Of a DNA stretch of 64,000 nt, positions 38,005 through 48,286 are shown in pieces. The notes below the pieces were generated by a model. It was given only the letters and a program-made list of their open reading frames with translations. It made no database searches and was not told where the DNA came from. How positions within the stretch are numbered: the stretch's first letter is position 1; the number at the start of each line of letters is the position of its first letter. This DNA comes from Fervidobacterium sp. GTDB taxonomy: Bacteria > Thermotogota > Thermotogae > Thermotogales > Fervidobacteriaceae. The stretch lies in assembly GCA_049970055.1 (NCBI GenBank), contig JBMFNR010000004.1, forward strand, positions 71,647 through 135,646, read 5' to 3'. Both the position numbers and the translations under genes were made by a program.

Positions 38005-38661
38005 ATGGAGCACGTAGTAACCGCGCAGGTTAGGTCTATTGTTGGAAACAAACGCGCAGTGAGAAGATTGAGAACCCAGGGGTCTATACCTGCCGTAGCG
38101 TACGGCCCTGGACTTGAAAAACCACTTAGTCTTGCACTTAACAAAAACGATTTTCTAAAACTATTTAAACACGTTACAGAGTCAACATCACTCATACTAA
38201 TTGTGAAGGACGACACTGGAAAAGAGATTGTCAAACACCTTGCATTTATAAAGATGGTGCAATACGACAAAGTGACGGATGAAGTTAAACATGTGGATTT
38301 CTACGTACCTGAGGCGCATCATAAGATGAGGATCAACGTGCCAATTGAAATTGAAGGTAAAGCAATTGGCGTTGAAAAAGGTGGTATAATGGAAGTTATT
38401 CATCACGAGGTCCCAGTAAAAGCATTACCAGATAAAATACCTGAGGTAATAAGAATTGATGTAACGAACCTTGACCTTGGAGATGTGTTGAGGGTTAAGG
38501 ATGTCGTTTTACCAGAAGGTGTAGAAATTGATATGGACGATGAAGATGTTCTTGTTACTATGGTTGTTCCAAGAGGACTTGAAGTGGAAGAAACGGTAAC
38601 ACCAACGGTCGAAGAACCAGAAGTGATAAAGAAGGGTAAGAAAGAGGAAGAGGAAAAGTAA
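38005..38661 (+). CDS. rplY: 50S ribosomal protein L25/Ctc
   Basis: RRLR..GSIPAVAYG, HVDFY, GVEKGG, acidic tail. Confidence 0.93.
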   Translation: MEHVVTAQVRSIVGNKRAVRRLRTQGSIPAVAYGPGLEKPLSLALNKNDFLKLFKHVTESTSLILIVKDDTGKEIVKHLAFIKMVQYDKVTDEVKHVDFYVPEAHHKMRINVPIEIEGKAIGVEKGGIMEVIHHEVPVKALPDKIPEVIRIDVTNLDLGDVLRVKDVVLPEGVEIDMDDEDVLVTMVVPRGLEVEETVTPTVEEPEVIKKGKKEEEEK

Positions 38662-38684
38662 CAAAGAACACCCTATACTAACTT

Positions 38685-38711
38685 AAAAATCCCCCACACG
38701 GGGGATTTTTC
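38685..38711 (+). terminator. Terminator after rplY
   Basis: aaaaatcccc/ggggattttt. Confidence 0.8.
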
Positions 38712-38750
38712 TTACACAAAATAAATGCTTCTTCAGGAGAGTGATACACT

Positions 38751-39284
38751 TTGACGATAATAGGATTAGGAAACCCGGGTGAAAAATACGCAAATACGCG
38801 TCATAACGTTGGATTTATGGTTCTCGACAAGCTGAGTAGAAATTGGAAAAGAGGATCTAATTATCTTTACAGTGACATAAGCATTGGAGGTAAGAATGTG
38901 AAATTAGTCAAACCAATGACTTACATGAATTTAAGTGGAGAGGTATTCAAATATATTCCACATGATGATATAATAGTAGTGTACGACGACCTGGACCTAC
39001 CGCTTGGTAGGCTTAGGGTTCGAAAAACTGGAAGTGCGGGTGGCCATAACGGTCTAAAATCTATAATCTCTTACATAGGTCAAGACTTTCCAAGATTGAG
39101 GGTAGGAATAGGTCCTAAACCTGAAGGTATGGATGCAGCAGATTATGTGTTATCAAATTTTTCTGACCAAGAATTTCAAGTATTAAATAAAGTTTTAGAT
39201 ATTTGTGTTGAGGTATTGGAATATATAGTATTTAATGGCATTGAGAAGGCAATGAACAAATACAATTCTTTGGAAGTAAAATGA
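38751..39284 (+). CDS. pth: Peptidyl-tRNA hydrolase
   Basis: GLGNPG, TRHNVG, YMNLSG, GGHNG. Confidence 0.96.
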   Translation: MTIIGLGNPGEKYANTRHNVGFMVLDKLSRNWKRGSNYLYSDISIGGKNVKLVKPMTYMNLSGEVFKYIPHDDIIVVYDDLDLPLGRLRVRKTGSAGGHNGLKSIISYIGQDFPRLRVGIGPKPEGMDAADYVLSNFSDQEFQVLNKVLDICVEVLEYIVFNGIEKAMNKYNSLEVK

Positions 39285-39308
39285 GAATTAAAATGAGAAG
39301 GTGGAATT

Positions 39309-39767
39309 TTGGCTGAGTTTGAAAGAAACGAGAAGTGTGTAATGTGTGGAAAAAATGCTCAAATAAGTCAGACTGTGTATATAGATGGCGCAGTAAAAAA
39401 AGTGAGCTATTGTAAGAAATGTTTTGCTGAAATGATAAAATACGAGAGTGAAAATTATGTAAAAACTGGTGTTAGAGTTTTGGCAAACCATATGAAACTA
39501 GTTCAAGAGACACCAGCTAAAGATGGCAATTTTGAATATTCGTTTGATGAAATATACTCCGTTTCACCAAGTAGCATGCTGGTTAACATTTTTAGGCAAA
39601 ATCCTGATACATACAAGGCAATTGCGACGGATATAAAGAAAAGAAGATTAGCACTCTTAAATCACAGGTTGAAAATGGCGTTGAAAATGGAAAATTACAA
39701 ACAAGCTAAGAAGATAAAGCAAGTTATTGATGAAATAAATAAATCATTAAAACAACAGCCCTGGTAA
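39309..39767 (+). CDS. McsA-like protein (CxxC..CxxC with a UVR-like coiled coil)
   Basis: CVMC, CKKC, C-terminal ALKMENYKQAKKIK. Confidence 0.6.
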   Translation: MAEFERNEKCVMCGKNAQISQTVYIDGAVKKVSYCKKCFAEMIKYESENYVKTGVRVLANHMKLVQETPAKDGNFEYSFDEIYSVSPSSMLVNIFRQNPDTYKAIATDIKKRRLALLNHRLKMALKMENYKQAKKIKQVIDEINKSLKQQPW

Positions 39768-39795
39768 ATTTACACCCCAGGGCTGTTTATTTTTT
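39755..39795. terminator. Bidirectional terminator between convergent genes
   Basis: aacagccctgg/ccagggctgtt followed by a T run. Confidence 0.7.
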
Positions 39796-39801
39796 AATTA
39801 T

Positions 39802-40536
39802 TTAAATTAGATAACTGATTGCTGAAACAACCATCATAATTGCAACAATTATCCTGATTATTTTTTTATTCACTTTCATATTGATATAAGACCCAATGTA
39901 ACCGCCAATAAAAGACCCGCTTCCAAGGACAATTCCTGGGATGAACTCAACTTTCTTTCCTGCCGAAAAGAGCAATAATGAGAAGATTGTAAACATAAGT
40001 GTTAGAAAAATTTTCATGGCATTAGCCGATTTTATATCGTAGCCTTCCAGCATTGTTAAAGCGTATATCAAGAAAAACCCAACACCAGCTTGTATGTAAC
40101 CACCGTAAATACCTATTAGAAAGAAAACTAAGAAACTTAACAAAATGTTACGCTTAGCTTCCTTTTTACCTTCTTCCCAGACCTGTGGTGAAAACAGAAC
40201 GAAATATGTCATTACCAAAAATATTATACCAACACTTATTCTAATAATATTTTCTGGGAGCTTTAAAACTATCGATGTGCCTGTAACACCACCTAACACT
40301 GTTGGAATTGTAACTGCCAACGCTTTTTTTAAATCAAGGGCTTTGTTTTTGATAAAACTACCCGTTGCTGAGATGTTCTGTAAAAGAATACCTATTCGAT
40401 TGGTTGCATTTGCAACGCTTGGAGCTAATCCGGATAAGCTCAACAATGGAAGCGTTAAGAATGAACCACCACCTGCAAGAACGTTAATTATCCCTGATAT
40501 TAGTCCACAAAAAAATAGTAAAATCATCATCCACAT
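39802..40536 (-). CDS. TauE/SafE (TSUP) family transporter
   Basis: NVLAGGGS, ANATN, GIYGGYIQAGVG. Confidence 0.88.
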   Translation of the reverse strand: MWMMILLFFCGLISGIINVLAGGGSFLTLPLLSLSGLAPSVANATNRIGILLQNISATGSFIKNKALDLKKALAVTIPTVLGGVTGTSIVLKLPENIIRISVGIIFLVMTYFVLFSPQVWEEGKKEAKRNILLSFLVFFLIGIYGGYIQAGVGFFLIYALTMLEGYDIKSANAMKIFLTLMFTIFSLLLFSAGKKVEFIPGIVLGSGSFIGGYIGSYINMKVNKKIIRIIVAIMMVVSAISYLI

Positions 40537-40596
40537 GTAAAGTCCTCCTTTTTCCGCCCTTATTTATCTAAAAACAAAATTCATCTTTGAAAAACC

Positions 40597-41607
40597 TTAA
40601 AATCTTTCCAAAAAGACTCTCAGCAACTTAATCAAGTTCTTCAAGTCATTTACATTTAACATTTCCACTTGTGAATGTAAGTATCTTATAGGAACACTCA
40701 GAGCAATCATCGGTACTCCGTGTTCGGCAAAAACGCTTGCATCGTTTCCACCACCTGTTGAACCAAGTTGGATTGGTATACCTTCCTGCTGTGCAAGCTT
40801 GATCAAAAATTTAACAAGAGATCTATCAGAAATCGAACTATTGTCGAAAGCTCTAATAACTGGTCCATTTCCTAAATTGATATGCCTATTCAATTTACTA
40901 CAGCAAGCAAACGAATCTACCGCGATAGCTAAATCGAATTTTGTGTTTTCAAATGCTGTAAAATAATTGACCAAAGCCTTAGCACCACGGAGTCCGACTT
41001 CTTCTTGAACAGTCCAAGTGAAAAAACAATTGGAAATTACATTGGAATTTTTTGCAACTTCAATTAGTGTGTAGCACCCAAATCTATCATCTAAACTTCT
41101 CATTGACAGAAATTCGTTATTCAGTATAGCGTATTGCTTTTTAAATACCGCATAATCCATGATGGAAATACCGAGATGTTCCACTTCCTGCTTTGAATGA
41201 GCACCAACATCAATAACCTTTTCAAAAACGATGCCATCAGATTTCAAATGAGGTGGTACCGTGCCAATTACACCCTCAACCACACCGTTTTCTGTTATAA
41301 CGTCAACAAAAGTACCTTGTATTACCTCTTCTATAATGCCACCAACATTTTTGACCTCGAGCTTTCCGTCTTCTCTTATACTTGAAATATAAAATCCTAT
41401 CTCATCCATATGAGCCATCAAAATAACATTCTTATTTTTTGAGCTGCCTTCCTTTTTGTAAATCAAATTTCCTATTCTGTCCACTTGAACACCGCTTTCT
41501 CCAAGCATCTGAATAATTTTTGATCTTACCATTTCTTCTCTTCCCGATACACCAGGCACAGAACATAATTCTATGAGACTTCTTAAGTCCTTAGACTCCA
41601 TAAACAT
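40597..41607 (-). CDS. M42 family aminopeptidase
   Basis: AHMDEIG, LDDR, VQEEVGLRGA, RYLHS. Confidence 0.92.
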   Translation of the reverse strand: MFMESKDLRSLIELCSVPGVSGREEMVRSKIIQMLGESGVQVDRIGNLIYKKEGSSKNKNVILMAHMDEIGFYISSIREDGKLEVKNVGGIIEEVIQGTFVDVITENGVVEGVIGTVPPHLKSDGIVFEKVIDVGAHSKQEVEHLGISIMDYAVFKKQYAILNNEFLSMRSLDDRFGCYTLIEVAKNSNVISNCFFTWTVQEEVGLRGAKALVNYFTAFENTKFDLAIAVDSFACCSKLNRHINLGNGPVIRAFDNSSISDRSLVKFLIKLAQQEGIPIQLGSTGGGNDASVFAEHGVPMIALSVPIRYLHSQVEMLNVNDLKNLIKLLRVFLERF

Positions 41608-41766
41608 CGCCTCCTTGTTCGTTATATCTAAACTAAAGCTTATTATACCATATTTTATTCGTACAACGAAATACTTTTTAAGACAAATATTTTTTGTTTA
41701 TTGACAAAAAATAGGTATATGATTAAATATTTTTTGGTGCACGAGAAAATGTAAGGGGGGAATGTC

Positions 41767-43014
41767 ATGGATGATGATTTTTACAGACATGAGAAAAGGA
41801 ACTTAGCATTGATAATTAGTGGGAGATTTGAATCTTTGATTGGAGCATCAGCGCTAATGGTTGCCATGCCATTGTATGTTTTGGATATGACTGGTTCTGG
41901 TACAATCATGGGCATCTTCAGTATGATTGGGTTACTCCCAAGACTTATATCCAATCCTATAGGTGGTGTTATCGGAGACAGAATTAATAGAAAATGGATA
42001 ATGGTTATTTTGGATGAATTGCGAGGTGTTCTACTTTTCTTCTTGGGATGGTTTTCATTGATTGGAAAGCTTAATGTAATAAATTTACTTTTGTTTAGAG
42101 CAGTTCTTTCTACTTTAGATGGTTTCTTTGACGGTCCTACGGCGGCTATGTTTGGTGATGTTGTGAGAAGAGAAAATATGAAGACCGCAACGGCTTTAAA
42201 TTCAATGGCTGGGGCAGCATCTAATATAATCGGACCCATACTTGGTGGAGCACTTTATGGAATCTACGGATTCAAAAATGTAGTGTTTATGACAGCTGTG
42301 CTTTACATATTATCTGGCATAAGCGAAATGTTTATAATTTACAAGTTTGAACCTTTGAAAACAAAGCCGAAGTTTTTTAAAGAACTCAGCGAAGGTATAA
42401 AATTTGTTGTTAAAAACATAGGGCTAAGATTTTTATTTACATTTGCCATCGTTATAAATTTCCTCTCTGCACCTATTTTCAATGTTGTTTTACCCTACAT
42501 TGCAAGGCAGAAGATTCAATTTTCATCAACACAATTCGGTCTGCTAGGAGTTTTTGCAACGGTTGGTGGATTAGTGGCCAATCTATTACTTGTTTCTTTT
42601 CTTAGAAAAACTAACTCTAGAGACTTAATCAAATGGGGATTTGTTATCGAAGGTGTTATTTTGATAATTTTTTCCATCCTTATAATGCCACGGTTTGGTT
42701 TTTCGAAATCTTTACTTTATGTTATTTTTTCATTTGCATTCTTCTTAGTTGGGCTTTTTAATACGATGGTAAATATTCCAATAAATGCAAACTTACAGTT
42801 ACTTACACCTTCCGAATTAAGGTCACGTGTTTTTTCTGTTCTCAGTACAATTGCAATGGGTACTGTACCAATTTCGTCTGCTTTGTATGGTTTTTTGCTT
42901 GATAAAACAAATCCCTACGGGTTTCATTTGGCCATTAACATCTTATCGATGGTCGTTGTAGTCATATTCCTTTTGAAGGCCCCAGAGGAAGCTTATATTA
43001 ACGTAAGTGAATGA
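41767..43014 (+). CDS. MFS transporter (DHA3/macrolide-efflux-like)
   Basis: GGVIGDRINRKWIMV motif A; about 12 TM segments. Confidence 0.88.
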   Translation: MDDDFYRHEKRNLALIISGRFESLIGASALMVAMPLYVLDMTGSGTIMGIFSMIGLLPRLISNPIGGVIGDRINRKWIMVILDELRGVLLFFLGWFSLIGKLNVINLLLFRAVLSTLDGFFDGPTAAMFGDVVRRENMKTATALNSMAGAASNIIGPILGGALYGIYGFKNVVFMTAVLYILSGISEMFIIYKFEPLKTKPKFFKELSEGIKFVVKNIGLRFLFTFAIVINFLSAPIFNVVLPYIARQKIQFSSTQFGLLGVFATVGGLVANLLLVSFLRKTNSRDLIKWGFVIEGVILIIFSILIMPRFGFSKSLLYVIFSFAFFLVGLFNTMVNIPINANLQLLTPSELRSRVFSVLSTIAMGTVPISSALYGFLLDKTNPYGFHLAINILSMVVVVIFLLKAPEEAYINVSE

Positions 43015-43117
43015 CTTTTGCTTTAAAAACTTCTTAAGCGAAACAATTTATATTGCATCAAGCTATGATAAAATATAATTAAACAAGTAATAGACTGCGC
43101 TGAAAGGAGTGAACCTT

Positions 43118-43858
43118 GTGTCTGATTTTGTAAAAGGTGTAATTTACAGTTCTTTGGCGGGGTTGGCTACAGTTTTTGGAGCTATTCCACTTTTGCTGGT
43201 TCATAAGCACTTCGGTGAGAAGTTAATCGATACACTACTGGGTATGGCTGCAGGCATAATGCTTGCAGCAAGTGCTTTTAGTTTGGTCATACCTTCACTG
43301 GAAAGCGGCGGAATATTCAGATTTGCCGTGGGTTTTTTTCTAGGTGCGATAATGGTTGATTTAATGGATAAATTCTCTCCACATGAACATTTTTTGAAAG
43401 GTCATGAAGGAGTCGATGCAAAACGACTTGCTAAGATTTGGCTTTTTGTTATAGCGATAACAATACATAACTTTCCAGAAGGTATGGCGGTTGGTATAAG
43501 TGGTTATACACCACAAGCTCTAAGTGTTGCAATAGCAATTGGAACTCAAAACATTCCAGAAGGTGCCGCAACAATGGTTGCATTGATGAACGCAGGCTAT
43601 TCGGTTAAGATTTCTCTTTTGGTAACATTCCTAACAGGCGTCGTTGAAATGCTCGGAGGGGCATTCGGAGCTGGCTTAATACTAATAAGTAAAAGTTTAC
43701 TACCTTACATGCTAGCGTTTGCTGCGGGAGCGATGGTATTTGTTGTAAGCGATGAAGTTATCCCAGAAACTCACCTCAGGGGTAATGAGAGACTAGCCAC
43801 ATACTTTCTTATATTTGGTTTTTTCATCATGTCAGCTCTTGACGTGCTACTTGGATAA
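43118..43858 (+). CDS. ZIP (GufA/ZupT) family metal transporter
   Basis: AAGIMLAAS, PHEH, IHNFPEG, QNIPEG; aaggag SD before GTG 43118. Confidence 0.92.
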   Translation: MSDFVKGVIYSSLAGLATVFGAIPLLLVHKHFGEKLIDTLLGMAAGIMLAASAFSLVIPSLESGGIFRFAVGFFLGAIMVDLMDKFSPHEHFLKGHEGVDAKRLAKIWLFVIAITIHNFPEGMAVGISGYTPQALSVAIAIGTQNIPEGAATMVALMNAGYSVKISLLVTFLTGVVEMLGGAFGAGLILISKSLLPYMLAFAAGAMVFVVSDEVIPETHLRGNERLATYFLIFGFFIMSALDVLLG

Positions 43859-45253
43859 TTCGCTTAATTGATTATCGTCCATTAAAAACATATAAGATGC
43901 TCTATCTTTACCGGACTTTTTAGAAATGTAAAGGAGGTCGTCAGCGCTTTTTATGACTTCCATTGGTGATTGATATATTTCTGAACTCACTACACCACAC
44001 GAAACAGTGCATTTCCCGTGAGGGAAATGTGTGTTACGAATAGTATTTAATATTTCTTCGATTAGTTCAACAACTTCATCTTTTGAAGTTATTTTTGTTA
44101 ATACCAAAGTAAATTCCTCTCCGCCGTACCTTCCCACAATCCCTTTATCTCCAACAGCGTCCTTCAGTATTTTTCCAACAATTTTCAACACCTCATCTCC
44201 AACTAAATGGCCATAGGTATCGTTGACTTTTTTGAAATTGTCAATATCGAACATCGCAACAAAATACTCTTTTTTACTAGCTTTGTATATGCTATGTGTT
44301 TCATCTAAAAATCGAAGTAATTCTTTCTTATTGAATACACCAGTGAGTCCGTCGATAGTCGAGGCAACCTTTAATTCTCTAAATGTGTTAAGCGTGTTGA
44401 ATAAAAGACTTATACTTTCGTCTGCTTCGTTAACAACCTTTGATAAGTTCCATTTGTCAGCTACATTCGATACCAATATAGCTCCAACTTCGTTACCTTC
44501 ATAATTAACAACGAACTCGTTGAAATCTCCGCTTAGCAATAGCTGGGAGCCGTAGTTGCCTACGTACGTCCAGTTCGATGGCTCTAAGGGCTTTTCGAGA
44601 AAACTTATAAATGTGCTTTTTAAAGATTCTTTTTGTAGTGGGAAGCCAAAATTGTATATTCTTCCTTCAACAGGGGACAAAAGCAAAAAGGCTATAGCAC
44701 TAAATGAAGAAAAATTCGATATAAAATTCATCAGTTCTTTTATAACAAATAATTCATCTCGTGCAAACTGGATGAATGACAAAATTTCTCTATTTAATAT
44801 TTCCTTTCTCATTTTTTGTTCAAGAACATCGTATATGGTGTTTATAGTAGAACTTTTCCCTGCGCTTTCCGAATAATAATCATGACTAAGAAAATCAAGT
44901 AAGACTTTTTCTAACTCAGTCTTAGGTAACAGTTTTGAAATGAACTTGTCAGCTCCACTGTGTTCAGCCCAAAATATATTGATCACATCATCGGAACCAG
45001 TTAAAATAGCGATCCCTGCACTATTAAACGCAGGGACCGACCTTAAATAAAGGCAAAGTTGAAGTCCCGATATTCCAGGCATGTTATAATCGGTTATTAT
45101 ATAGTTTGGAAATTCTTTAAGAGCAACTTCTATTGCGTTCATACCGTTCTCAGCGACTAAAATTTTGTAACCGTGACCTTTAAGCATGTCTTCAAGAACA
45201 AGTCTCCAGAATTTACTATCATCAACAATTAATACCTTTTTCAACATTCTCAC
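43847..45253 (-). CDS. Response-regulator diguanylate cyclase (REC-linker-GGEEF)
   Basis: VDDS, TDYNMPG, DIDNFKKVND, RYGGEEF. Confidence 0.92.
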   Translation of the reverse strand: MRMLKKVLIVDDSKFWRLVLEDMLKGHGYKILVAENGMNAIEVALKEFPNYIITDYNMPGISGLQLCLYLRSVPAFNSAGIAILTGSDDVINIFWAEHSGADKFISKLLPKTELEKVLLDFLSHDYYSESAGKSSTINTIYDVLEQKMRKEILNREILSFIQFARDELFVIKELMNFISNFSSFSAIAFLLLSPVEGRIYNFGFPLQKESLKSTFISFLEKPLEPSNWTYVGNYGSQLLLSGDFNEFVVNYEGNEVGAILVSNVADKWNLSKVVNEADESISLLFNTLNTFRELKVASTIDGLTGVFNKKELLRFLDETHSIYKASKKEYFVAMFDIDNFKKVNDTYGHLVGDEVLKIVGKILKDAVGDKGIVGRYGGEEFTLVLTKITSKDEVVELIEEILNTIRNTHFPHGKCTVSCGVVSSEIYQSPMEVIKSADDLLYISKKSGKDRASYMFLMDDNQLSELSK

Positions 45254-45290
45254 CCTCTATATTTTCCGCCACCGGTTACGCTTTTTTGGA

Positions 45291-46439
45291 TTATACCACA
45301 TTCTTTTCCCTTTCTATTGATAGTTTTTCAAAACGTTCCACATCCAAGTAGCTAATATCAGTGTGTAAACTCTTACCAAAGAGAATTAACTCTGCTAAAG
45401 CTTCACCGACAGCTGGGGCAACCATAAAACCATGTCCTGAGTAACCAACAGCATAGTAATATCCTTTTACTTTTTTGCTCTGTCCGATAATTGGTTGTGC
45501 ATCCGGCGACATATTGTACATCCCACTCCAGTGCCTTAAGAGGCGAACATTTTTCAAGAATGGAAAAATTCTGACCATTTTTTTGATAAGTTCTTCTTCG
45601 AACCTAAACGTAACCTTATAGTTTAAACCGGGTTTCTCATCTTTGTCACCTTGGCCAAGTACAAACTGTCCATGTTGTGTCTGCCTCATGTAAAAATTAC
45701 CAGAAAAGCTTATTGCCATCATTGGGAAGAAGTTCTTAAGACCTTCTGTAACCATTATCTGGTGCCTGTAACTTTCAGTTGGTAAATCTACCCCAACAAG
45801 TTGAGATACTTCCTTTGACCAGGGGCCGGAAGCGTTGACAACGATGTTACAACCGAAATAACCTTTTGAAGTTTCAATGCCTATCACCTTCCCATTTTGT
45901 ATATCTACGCCTGTAACTTCCGTGTGTGTATATATATGCCCACCCATATTGCGAATAGCCTGCGCGTACCCGATGACAGCTTTATGCGGATTTGCATGGC
46001 CATCTGTTTGGCAGAATGTAGCCATAATAAGTCCTTCCGTGCTAATATATGGGTATCTTTCTTTAACTTGCCTCGGTGTAAGAATTTTAACATCTAGTCC
46101 TTCTTCTTTTTGCATTTGTACGTTTTTTTCAAATTGTTCAGCTTCTTGATCATCGTAAGATAAAACAAGGTATCCGCCTTGAGCATATTCTATGTCCATT
46201 CCAACGTCTTCTTTAAAGCGTTCAAATAATTTTACACTTCTCATAGCAAGCCTAACATTTGGTCTGGTTGACCATTGCTGTCTTATCCCGCCAGCACACC
46301 TTCCGGTTGACCCTGAAGATAGATATGATTTTTCAAAAATAGCAACAGAAGTTTCACCCAATTTGCATAGGAAATACCCAAGAGCGGTTCCTGTTATTCC
46401 GCCACCAATTATGCATACGTTGTATGTTCTTTCCATCAT
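45291..46439 (-). CDS. DAO-family FAD oxidoreductase (proline dehydrogenase/sarcosine oxidase beta-like)
   Basis: IGGGITG, GSTGRCAGGIRQQ, SPDAQPIIG, GYSGHGFM. Confidence 0.88.
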   Translation of the reverse strand: MMERTYNVCIIGGGITGTALGYFLCKLGETSVAIFEKSYLSSGSTGRCAGGIRQQWSTRPNVRLAMRSVKLFERFKEDVGMDIEYAQGGYLVLSYDDQEAEQFEKNVQMQKEEGLDVKILTPRQVKERYPYISTEGLIMATFCQTDGHANPHKAVIGYAQAIRNMGGHIYTHTEVTGVDIQNGKVIGIETSKGYFGCNIVVNASGPWSKEVSQLVGVDLPTESYRHQIMVTEGLKNFFPMMAISFSGNFYMRQTQHGQFVLGQGDKDEKPGLNYKVTFRFEEELIKKMVRIFPFLKNVRLLRHWSGMYNMSPDAQPIIGQSKKVKGYYYAVGYSGHGFMVAPAVGEALAELILFGKSLHTDISYLDVERFEKLSIEREKNVV

Positions 46440-48286
46440 TTTTCATCCTCTCCTTTGTCCTTTCCTTCGACAGCTGTACTTTCGTATTTTGCTATAGCTT
46501 CAAATGGAAGAGGAATTGTTGGAGGTCTGAATGCCCCCAATTCTATTTCAGATATAGGTATTCCTGTTTTTTCGGAAATTATTTGCAGTGTAAGATTCCT
46601 GCAAGTTTTCCCACCACATGGTCCCATTCCAATTCTTAAAACTCTCCGAATTTCTTCGTAATCAACAATGCCCATTTCAATCACACGTTCGATGTCCTCT
46701 TTTGTAATTTCTTCACACCTGCAAACAAATTCTTGTGCTGCTTGTGCTGGTTGAAAAGTTGAAAAACTTCTTACTGCGTTTTCCAGCCCTGCGGGAACTC
46801 TCAAATAAATAATGTGTGTGTTGTCACGCTTGTTTAGTACTAAGTTTTCGACGTGCCCTATTCCAACAACTTTTCCATCTTTATCAAGTAGCTGAACCTC
46901 TTGTCCTTTTTCAGGGATTGGCAGCAATTCGTATGGAATTCCTACAATTGAATAATTTTCCTTTTCTTGGACCATGAATATGGCAAGGCCTGGGCATTTC
47001 ATTACGCATATTCCACAACCCGTACATTTATTATAATCTATTGAAGGTATTCCATTTATATTACCTCCTACGCTTATCGCACCACTTGGGCAAGATGTTT
47101 CACAAGGATTGCATGGTATTGCCTGTGGGCATTCAATAACAGCCCTTAATTTGCCTTTAGGTCCTTTGTCTTGTTCTACGTGAGCTTTGTACCCTCCCTC
47201 AGGGAAGAATATTCCAAGTTTTTCTAAACCTTTTCTTATCTTTGCTGAAAACGGTCCCTTTCTAAATTCAACAAGCTCATTTTTCATTGCATTTATTTTT
47301 TCTGATAAGTCCCTTCCTGACAACTTTTCAGCTATGTTATATCCTGCTATGTATCCTTCAATCATAGCAGTTGATGCTTCCTCTATGCTTGCTAAATCTC
47401 CGGCTACGTAAACGTTATCCACACTTGTTTTCATATTTTCGTCTCTTAGGGGGACATAACCTCCCAATTCAGGTACATACACCATCTTTGCGCCTGCTTG
47501 TGCGGCTAACTCTATGTTGGGTTGTAACCCAACAGCTAAACAAATTGCATCAACAACAAATTCTTTTTCAGTGCCAGCAATAGTTTTAAACTTCTCATCG
47601 ACCTGTGCGATTACTGCGCCTTCTACTCTTTTTTTTCCAACAGCTTCGATGATGGTGTGATTTAAATATATGGGAACGCCCAATCTTCTTACCTTGTTTG
47701 CGTGAACTAGGTACCCTCCAATTTTAGACGATGCTTCGACAATTGCTTTTACTTTCGCCCCCGCTTGAATCAGTTGATATGAAACGATAAGCCCTATGTT
47801 TCCAGCACCAATAATCAAAAATGACTGTCCGGGTAAAACTTTGTACTGATTCATCAATGTTTGGACGGCACCGGCACCGTAGACTCCTGGTAAAGTGTTG
47901 TTCTTGAATGTCAAAAATTTTTCTGTAGCACCAGTTGCAAGAAGGATGTATTCAGCTCGGTAATGTTCGATGGTATTAAACGATCTATCGTATAAAACTA
48001 TTCCATCTTCATAAATGCCGGTCACGGTTGTCTGAAGTTTAATACTTACACCCAACTCTTTTGCCCTATTAACTAGTATTTTTCCAATGTCAAAACCCCG
48101 CACAGAAGCAAAAAAGCCCTCATGCCCGAAAAACTTATGAGTTTGCTTTGGAAGTTGACCACCAGGTTCAATACCTTCATCAACAACTATTATTCCTTCC
48201 CCCGTGCCAAGGCTTTCCGCAATAGCTATTGCTCCTGCTAAGCCAGCAGGACCAGATCCGACTATAAGAGTTTTTACTTTCACCAT
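46436..48286 (-). CDS. Flavoprotein fused to a 2x[4Fe-4S] ferredoxin and a BFD-like [2Fe-2S] domain (alpha-subunit-like)
   Basis: GSGPAG, GAGNIG, CPQAIPCNPCETSCP, CTGCGICVMKCP, CRCEE...GPCGGKTC. Confidence 0.85.
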   Translation of the reverse strand: MVKVKTLIVGSGPAGLAGAIAIAESLGTGEGIIVVDEGIEPGGQLPKQTHKFFGHEGFFASVRGFDIGKILVNRAKELGVSIKLQTTVTGIYEDGIVLYDRSFNTIEHYRAEYILLATGATEKFLTFKNNTLPGVYGAGAVQTLMNQYKVLPGQSFLIIGAGNIGLIVSYQLIQAGAKVKAIVEASSKIGGYLVHANKVRRLGVPIYLNHTIIEAVGKKRVEGAVIAQVDEKFKTIAGTEKEFVVDAICLAVGLQPNIELAAQAGAKMVYVPELGGYVPLRDENMKTSVDNVYVAGDLASIEEASTAMIEGYIAGYNIAEKLSGRDLSEKINAMKNELVEFRKGPFSAKIRKGLEKLGIFFPEGGYKAHVEQDKGPKGKLRAVIECPQAIPCNPCETSCPSGAISVGGNINGIPSIDYNKCTGCGICVMKCPGLAIFMVQEKENYSIVGIPYELLPIPEKGQEVQLLDKDGKVVGIGHVENLVLNKRDNTHIIYLRVPAGLENAVRSFSTFQPAQAAQEFVCRCEEITKEDIERVIEMGIVDYEEIRRVLRIGMGPCGGKTCRNLTLQIISEKTGIPISEIELGAFRPPTIPLPFEAIAKYESTAVEGKDKGEDEK

